A stretch of 64,000 bases of DNA from Amphiscolops sp. MND2022 (Eukaryota), in assembly GCA_964187785.1 (NCBI GenBank), contig OZ076409.1, positions 77,128,001 to 77,192,000 of the forward strand. The letters are read 5' to 3'. The notes beneath the pieces were generated by a model. The model saw nothing but the letters and a program-made list of their open reading frames with translations, was not told the origin of the DNA and made no database searches. How positions within the stretch are numbered: the stretch's first letter is position 1; each line of letters begins with the position of its first letter. Positions 55,474-64,000 of this stretch are shown here, one piece after another. A program made the position numbers and the translations under genes.

Positions 55474-58400
55474 CTCCAAACAATGCCTTGTTTTTTAATA
55501 GATATACTCAGTAAAGTATTACTCCAAAACTAATGGATCTGCGTATTGAGCTTCAGAATTCCGTACTAGGACTTCATAGAATGCTGTTTACTGTTGGTGA
55601 TGAAATTCTTCAAAAGCTTAGTTTCAATTTTTATCAAAAAACGTGAAAATCCATAATCCATCTAACTAATTGTTACAGAATTGATTTCGCTTGAAATTCT
55701 CAGTCGTATGTGGTGTCAATTGCATTGCTATGCCGTGCACCTAAGCATAGGTTCTCTTGCATTCTCGGATTTTTTTCATTTTGACGAGGCGAATATTCGA
55801 AGTACTCCGTTTGAATATCATGGGTCTTCATAAATTGAGATCGAAAGGAACCATCCATCTTCGTTGTTATAACATTAGGTCTTGAATGAGCCTGGCATTG
55901 AACATCGACTGGGCATTCTTTGTTTTGTTTATTGATATTCCGATGTTAGGTTGGTTTCACTTTAACGGCGTTTAAAATGAAGTGGCTTTAGTTAGCGAAT
56001 CTTGCAAATGTGCAGCTTCAAATAGCACCAGAAATAAAATGTTTGTACAGTAGATCCCTGACACAAGAAACGCTCATAGTATCTTGGTCCCGATTGCCAA
56101 TTTGATTTAAACCCGCATATAAGAAAGTTCGATTAGATTCAGAAACACCACTAGTCATTCCGCTGACGATTTTATTCGGGATCCACTGTAGTAAATGCGG
56201 TACTCATTTTGTTTTCAAAACATTTTCTGCATTTTAAACCTAGAATGGAATGGATCTATTAGTTCTCGAATTCTGCACCTACTTTCTTCACAAGGAATAT
56301 TATCAGTATAATTGAAGAGACAAGAAATAAACCTAATTCCAACGGTCGCGTAGGTCCTCGTTCAAACACAAGTGCCTAGAAGATTCGGCATGAATTTCAT
56401 AATGCACTCCGTGGGAATTCTCATACGCTGCAAAATATTTTACTTCGTTTGCCACCGGATTTTCTTGGTTGCCTAGAATTTATGGTCCGATTGAACTGAG
56501 ACTATGACTCACATTGGTGTTAACTTGGTCAGGCTGCCAAGTTATGATCGTAACAATAACTGAAGCGTATAAGTTATTAAAGTTGTTGCTACACGTTTTC
56601 TTTCTCACTGGGATCGATTTCACTTATCAAGTTAGTTAGGTGGTCCTTACCATTGTTCGTAGTAAATAAGTTATGATTGTTCAGTGTATAACCTTATGGT
56701 TGGACCTTAATTTGTTATCAAAGATACCAAAATACACCTATCAATCATTTAGGGCTTTGTTATGTAGAACCTTTCAAAGTATTGTAAACTTTTAAATTTA
56801 TATCAATTCGGTTATAGTTCATTTTAGTTCATTTTTCAACACATCCAAGCATTACTTGTTATGGGTGAAGAACAAAGGTTAGATGCATTTGATGAACAGT
56901 CATCCCTTTGTATACTTAACTATTCACCTTGTGGTGTTAGTTGAGACTTGAAAACATAACTATCTCCATAAATAGAAAATTTATAGTATCATAATTCTCG
57001 TTACAACACACTGCATCTAGGGAAACAAAATGCTTTCAAGGATTGAGTTGAAATATTCCGCGGCGAGTTGTTTTTCATCAAGCTGGGTCAAAAGTGTTGT
57101 AAAATACTTTCCCCGCTTTACTCTTCATTACAAGCAGCCCTTTTATCATTCGGTTAAGAGCTTTATAGATAATCAAATTCAACGTTTGAGCAATTGTGTG
57201 GGATAGTACATGTCTTTTTAAACGTATTGATTTTGTAATTCCGGATCAGCTCATTTCAACGTGTACTTGTGTTTTATATCCTTATACTCTGACCCGGCGA
57301 CCCCGTTGAATAGTTGTTCAATCGATTGCCGGTATAAAAAATTACGGTAGTTTTTTTCTGAACGCAAATTCGGGACAGAATCAAAGAAACAAGGAACGTA
57401 GCCTTGGAGCCTGGATACCGGAAGACCATCGTGCTTCGCTTTACTTTACTAGTAGTCGCTGTGCTAAGACCATTACGCCGCCTGCTTTTTTCTCCTCGAT
57501 TGAAGTTAAAGTCTGACTGATATGAAAAGCATTTTCTCTTATCATTCAGGCTGCGCATAGAAGTTTGGTCTTTTTTGCACAACATACACGTAGTTTGGTG
57601 AAACATTAAATATTTTTAACCTTCCTTCTTTAATTTATTGCTTAGCCATTTATGCTACGGTGAGTTGGTTTTTGTTTGCTGAGATGTTTAGTTGTTCATT
57701 TTCTTGAAGATATAGCGGGCTGATTTATACGTTCATGAAGTCTGTCTTTATGATTAACTCTATCGATTTAACGAGTGGGTAACATTGAGCACTTTATCAA
57801 TCCTAGGTAAGATATTGACATCGCTTTATTCCGTGAAACATCAATTACAAAATCGCTGATTTGCTGGAGTTATTTCAAACCCTCAGTTTTGATTTCAAAA
57901 TTGATTCAAGATGAAGCGATAACTTTTGCCTTTGCAGAAAGTAATTTTTCGTGGTATTCTTAAGGTCCGTAAATTGTCTGCATTTTTCAAGGCTTCCAGT
58001 AATCTCCTAGCCTTAAAAATATTCGGCAAGCTGTCTGCTTTTTAGACCGTCCATCTTGATGGCTGTAACCACGCCTGATATAACTTAATTCAATACGTCT
58101 TGGATGAGAGCCTCATTGATTTTCTGTCACGGCGCTTATGTGAACGTCTGTTCTCATACAAAAAGCATTGCTTGTTTCTAAGCCAGAGAATTGATTCTGA
58201 GACAAAAAGAAAAGGTAGTCTATTAACACAGGCTAAAAAAACGATGAATATTGAAAGAAGCAAGTGTGATTGAAAAAATGGTGCAGTCTAAATGATGATG
58301 TTTTTATTGGAAGAACGCACAAGGCTCACCCATGTTTTACGCCTCTCCCATGTTCCCATCTATGGTTTTGATTTTGAATAATTGACGTCTTCTTAAAAAA

Positions 58401-60790
58401 CAGGCCGCGAAAAAAGGAACATTCGAGTGATCGTCATTTGAAAGACACACCGTGTCACACATACTTGTAGTATTGACATGTATATTACTATTCTATTGAA
58501 CACCATTTTGCATATATTACCATTTACACCATATACCATTCAAACAGTTGTTAATTGTGTTATACACACAGAAAGAGCATTTGGACTCCTTCCATTCATA
58601 AATATTCCTGTCATGACTCATTCGAGTAGGGGGACTTAGTGTAACACGGAATCGATAAACATCCTGTTCACTGCTGCTGGTTTTTGTACCAAATTGGATT
58701 CATTTCTGGTTCCTCGCTTGTTCTCCAAACATTTGCTTCAACGTTTAAACGTTCTCAGTCTATTTCAGGATTAGTCGAGAATTTACTACTTGTTCACTAC
58801 TTCTGGTTAGTTGACTTTTCTTGCATATTTGGTATGAAAAAATTATGATGTGGAGCCAGAGGCATGTATAAGGTCGTTGACCGTGTGAGTTGAAATTGTT
58901 GAACTGTTACTATCGTAGATATAATTTTTGATGCACTAGCTTGAAAGTTATCGTACCCAATAATTCTCAGTTTCCGTTTTGTGGAATCTTTTGTCAGAAA
59001 CATAACGGGAAACGTTTGTGACATGCATCTTGTAATTGGAATTCAATGCCATGGTTTTCTGATTTGTCTTCGTGTTTACGTCTCTTCCGTATGTTACAAA
59101 AATGTTGACATGTAATAAATAGATTTTATTTTTTAAATGTTTTTCATACCTTCCCAGACGATTGAAAAAATCGCAGATTTTGCTTTTAAATTTTTGTGAC
59201 CCTCGGGCTACTGGAATTTTAAACAGAAGGAACCAAGCGCTTGACTAAAAAACTCGTTCCGACTTAAAACTACCTCTGATTTGAAAATGACAGATTTTCA
59301 GAATAGCATCCATAAAGTTCTGTTTTTGAAATTATTGATTCTGCAGCTTGCAAGTTCAACTGTGGGTTAAACAGCTTTTGGAAGTGAAATTGACCTACTT
59401 TGGGTAATGCAAATGCGACTTGGTTTCGTGGAAATTGTTTCGCTTTCGTCATTCGTTCTACCATTTTCAGAAGTATTGTAATTTTCACAATCGAAAGTAG
59501 TTTCATCTAAAATAACACTGCTCTACCTATTTTTGTATTGTGCATTAGTACTGTACTGTAATTTGTTCATTTTGTAGATTCTTTTGTACGTTCTCGAAAA
59601 TTTCTTGAGCAGGATACAAAACAGTATATTTCTTTGTCGGATACAAAATCAGTTTAATTGCTCTCATAGCTAAGATTTCTTTAACCGCTATCGCTTTCAA
59701 CCTTTATAATTCTGTTATAAAAGTGTCGAACTTGCCAAAGGCATTGTTGCGATTGTTGTGCAATACTTTCAGTTCTTTTCCTTTATAATCACTTGTATCA
59801 ACTCGTTTTATCTCAATACCGATAATGCCAATTTTCTTCGTCATACTCTTCGAATGGGACATAATGAACCGTACGAGTTTATTACGGAGATTCTCAAAAT
59901 ACAAAGCGCAGGAATGAAACATTCAATGTCACCAGAGACTTGAAATCCCAAAAGCCTTGTTGTGATTGTGACCCCTGGAAATTCTTAGTTTTGTTCGTCC
60001 CAAGAGGTTCAAATTTAAAATTGGACAGGCAATAAATCAAGAGTGGGTTTTGAAAGTGTCTCCCTTGCCATTTCAAAGCCACCGCAAAAGTCATTATTTT
60101 GAAAGGTCTTGCTAAACTGTAGAAATACAGATATTGTCTGAAAACACTTTAGAGTTCATTATTGCCATTTTGTGATTTCTGTTCTTCAAATTACCCGTCA
60201 TTACTTATTACTTCATTTCCTGTCAGAATTTTTGAAATCACATTTGTGATTTGCTGTAACGAGCTCTTAGTAAAGTTCAGTTAGCAGTTTACTACTTATT
60301 ATAATCCTATGTCGCCCATTTCGGATGTAAAGAAAATGGGTTTTTAGGTTCTTTTGGTTTAGAAAAACAATCTGTTGCAAAGATCACTCAGTTTGCCGAC
60401 GTTTTCGCTACACTTGATTGCTTTAATTCGATTGCCAAACATGTTGAAAAGCTCTTTCTTGAACCGGTTAGTTATGTACTTTCCCACAATTTTTTTCATC
60501 CTAATGTCAAAATGTATTGCCCAGGTGTGAAACTGGAATTGTGTTCCTGGTCGAACCCTTCAACCTTTATTATTCGAGAAGTAAATCCTCTTTTCGAAAA
60601 GGGCTATAGTTTTTGCTTAGATCGATTTTCTAGTGAAGCTTTCTCTATTCTATGAATATTCAATACCTCAAAGCAAAGAAGGTACTCCTGTTCCTGAAAC
60701 TTTATATAGAAAGTGGTATTTGATAGAATTTCCAAGACGTTGATATTTAACGCTATCATCTGAGAATCAATGACGCACTTGGGCTCCATA

Positions 60791-60961
60791 CTTTCTTTGT
60801 CAGTTGCTCCACTCTGTCAAAACAAGATAAAAAAAGTCTGAAATGTTACCGCTATATGTTCTGGGCTGTTTGAGCTGACTTTCTTTGTCAGTTGCTCCAC
60901 TCTGTCAAAACAAGAGAAAAAGTCTGAAATGTAACCGCTATATGTTCTGGGCAGTTTGAGC
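60791..60961. repeat. 88-bp tandem duplication
   Basis: CTTTCTTTGTCAGTTGCTCCACTCTGTCAAAACAAG... at 60791 and 60879. Confidence 0.9.
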
Positions 60962-62222
60962 ACCTAAATTTTTGCCAGAGCTAAAATGTCTTGTTTTGGG
61001 TGTCTTCACTTTGAACAGTAACACAGCTTTTAAAAACAAGCGAAGCTTCCTCACCTGATATTGTATGTCTTTAATTTAAATTCACTGAATCAGCTCTCGT
61101 TCATTTTACTTTCCTCCTTTTCTTGCCCACGCGTATTTCGTCATCTATAGGAAATAGAGTGTTACCAATAAACTGTTGTGACTGAGCGTTCTCGGAAACG
61201 TAACCATTCCGATATATTATCTTCAGTCCTCAAACTACGATTCATGAGTTTTAGACCCTTTTGATTGCAACGAGCGTTGAAACAGGTCATTTGCTTTAGT
61301 AGCTTGGTGTGACGCAAGCAGTGGAGCCTTTCAAATAATTTTACCACGTGTTTGTGGAAGTAATTTTCCGTCCACACAGAAACGACTGTTCACTATTCAA
61401 GTCTACATTCTTTGGTTTTGGTTCTGACGTAATGTTCTTCCATGAAAGCGTTTCAGCATCAGAACAATCGAAATTGCATGCGTTTTATTCGTCCTCATTC
61501 GAAAGTTCAAAAGCATGAAATCCTAACATGATTTTTCAGCATACGGTATATTCGGTCTGCTTAATTTGAATTTCCTAACCTTAAGCCTTTGCTGCCTCTG
61601 TATTTTTCTTCATCGAATAGGATGCTTGTTTTTACTGAACGGATAAATGAAGTGTGAAAGACCAATATCCCTTTCCGCTTCATATTTTTCCTCGAGAGCG
61701 AAATCTACTCAACGTCAACAGTTTTGTATTCATTGTCCATTAGTTGTTCCAAGTTGATGTTCGTTCAAACATTCCCATTTGTTAGGAAATTATGGTACTT
61801 CATAACTGACGAATTGCACTTTCATTTAGAATTCAGTCGGCGGTATTTGCAATATACTTACTTTGATACCTGTCTATTTTCGAGCGACCTTGGTCAACCC
61901 CTTGTATGTTATGCTTATCCTGCGCAAATAGAATTTGTTACAAAATCATTGATGTCAGTAAAAGTCGCATTGAAATATCAATATTTTTGTGTGACTTCTT
62001 GGTGGGGTCAAGGCTTCGATCGTTCCGATTTAGTAGTACAACACGAAATCCACTGACCAGGTGTGTTTAATAAATTTTTCATCTCATCGAATGTTCATTT
62101 TGGTTTTTCTTCAGACGTTTGCTTCTTTTCATGATTTCTCGATTTCCAGAGCTAGATAGCTTAGTGGTTACAGTGGGAGGTTTCTACCCAGAGTGTGGTG
62201 AGCTCGAACCTTAGCAACGGCA

Positions 62223-63964
62223 TTTTTAGTAGGCGCTTTTGAAGAAAAGTGCTCGACTCTTACAGTGGGTAGTTTTTATACGCTTAAGGTCCACTTTTTT
62301 GTTCAACTTGAACTACGGATGTCCAAACCATACTGGAAACGTCAGAACCTCGTTCAAAACAAAACCAACGTCCAGAAGCTCGAAAACATACTAAGGATCC
62401 CCTTTGGCTATCTTGATGTTTTCAACTTAGATTTTTTCGGCACTATGAGACTTTTTTTTCGAAAATTTTTTGATTACACAAAAGGGTCCTATGTTTTCCC
62501 TTCATTTTTTTGTAATTTTGCAATAGAATGGATGTTAAAATATCTCAAAGGGTCCCCCCTCTACATTTTTGGCGCCGTGACTCAAATTCTCAATTTTTGT
62601 TTTTTTTTTTTCGAAATTTTTTTAATGTCTCCAAAGAGCCCCTTGGCCAGGGGTGCCTAAAAATTAATGGAACTTCCATTAATGGCCATTTTTTACCATT
62701 TTTAAGGGTAAATTTAGGGATTTTTTTATTTTTACCATTTACATTAATGGACGGAAGCTATTGCAATTAATTGTCCATTTCTGAGAAAAACCTAGTTCTA
62801 AGAGATGCATTTCTAAGAGATATTTCTCTGCAAAAATAAGACTAATTCTACGCCACAAATAAGTTGTTCTTTCAGATATAAGTTTGTACTTAAAAATACG
62901 TTGCAATGGAGTTCGCTAAAGCAAATCTCACCCCAAAAGCAGTAAGCCTGCGCTATTTTACTAAAGAAAGAGAAGATCATTGGAAATGTAAATACGGAAA
63001 AGTTACTCAACAAAAAACGAACAAAGGCTACTCGAACTTATTCAACCATATCAAAGGAGCCCACCCGACTACGCCGATGCAAGAGACACATCACAACCCT
63101 GTATTGCCAACAAAAAAGGTAGAAATGCTTTTCTTGGATTAAATGGGTATGTCTTGGCATGAAGCCATTTGAATTCGCCGAGAACCCACTAACCCGGGAG
63201 TTTACAAAGCTTGACCCAATAACCGTTCCAACTTTAAAAAAGTATCTCGAAGCCGTTACTAGGAAAACAGAAGCTCAAATTTCTTCAAAACTTCCAAACC
63301 AATTTTCCCTTATTGTTGATGGCTGGACCAAACGAAGTGACCATTTTGTTGGAGTGAAAAATGAAAAACCTGAAAACTGCCGGCAAACTACGAAAATTCA
63401 CAGAACTTCGCCCAATTCAAAGAAATGAGACAAGATGGTCCAGTACGTTCGAGATGGAAGTTCAGCTAGTTTGCTGATAAAAAAACGAAGACTTCAATTA
63501 TCGTCTCAAAAAGTGTCAGAGTACGAGAGTCTAAAATTTTTACTGCCTACTTCGAATATTCTGGAACGGTTTTTTAGTTCTGCAACTTATTCCTTCTCAG
63601 ATTTGCGACAAAAACTTTTGCCAATGAACTTAGAGATGCAGTTATTCTTAAAGGTCAACGAAAAATTTTGGGATGAGAATTTAGTTTTTCAGGCTTTAAA
63701 TGACTTTTAAATTGCGAAATTAATTGCCATTAATGGAAATAAGGAGGGAAAATTTGATAATTTACCATTAATGGATTGCATTGTTTTTTTTCTCGAAAAT
63801 GGAGGTCCATTATTTTTTAGGCACCCCTGCCCTTGGCCCCCTTCATTTTTTTTCATATTTTGCAACAAACGAGTTTCAAAAAGCCCAAAGGATCCCCCTT
63901 TTACAATTTTAAAAACTTTTTGAGCCTTAGATATAGCGCCGACTTTTGCCTTTCTCGGCTTGTT
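62223..63964 (+). mobile_element. HINE-like family A copy carrying a nested hAT derivative
   Basis: 5' TTTTTAGTAGGCGC...CTCGACT; 3' GAGCCTTAGATATAGCGCCGACTTTTGCC..CGGCTTGTT. Confidence 0.7.
62648..63829 (+). mobile_element. Internally deleted hAT element (1182 bp)
   Basis: TIR CAGGGGTGCCTAAAAA; 8-bp TSD CCCTTGGC (62640-62647, 63830-63837); BED-like WKCK...GYSNLFNHIKGAH, KPFEFAENPLTR...LIVDGWT and C-terminal LLPTSNILERFFS...LEMQLFLKVN; the central catalytic region is missing. Confidence 0.92.
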
Positions 63965-64000
63965 TTCTAATGGAGCTGTTTCCCATGTATACTGTTAAGA

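Overview
AT-rich, repeat-saturated eukaryotic (animal-like) genomic window with one 200-nt N gap (5521-5720). Two host genes can be supported. One is an 8-exon WDR26/GID7 orthologue (+, 19808-32294, ~723 aa, all junctions GT-AG and phase-compatible; exon 1 is tentative). The other is a 2-exon, ~537-aa unrecognised gene (+, 42534-44486) with 10-aa DxRxxL repeats and a terminal SLNERF motif. The rest is mostly mobile DNA. At the left end lies a degenerate Polinton/Maverick (adintovirus-like) gene block: PLA2-like ORF, A32-type packaging ATPase, small basic ORF, and a PHD finger in frame with an integrase N-terminus. Retroelements include an APE-type LINE plus CR1-, Penelope- and CRE-like remnants, and a 1.4-kb internally deleted Gypsy element with intact LTR/PBS/PPT/TSD. 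There are three hAT elements: one apparently intact with a 644-aa transposase, one intron-containing deletion derivative, and one deletion derivative of a distinct subgroup. Several MITEs carry clear TSDs, and two families show Helentron-associated (DINE-1/HINE-like) architecture. WDR26 intron 1 holds a three-unit tandem array of a class-II tRNA-like sequence with a Ser (GCT) anticodon but an A73 discriminator. No CRISPR array or prokaryotic system is evident. All family assignments come from motif recognition by eye; no database searches were run.
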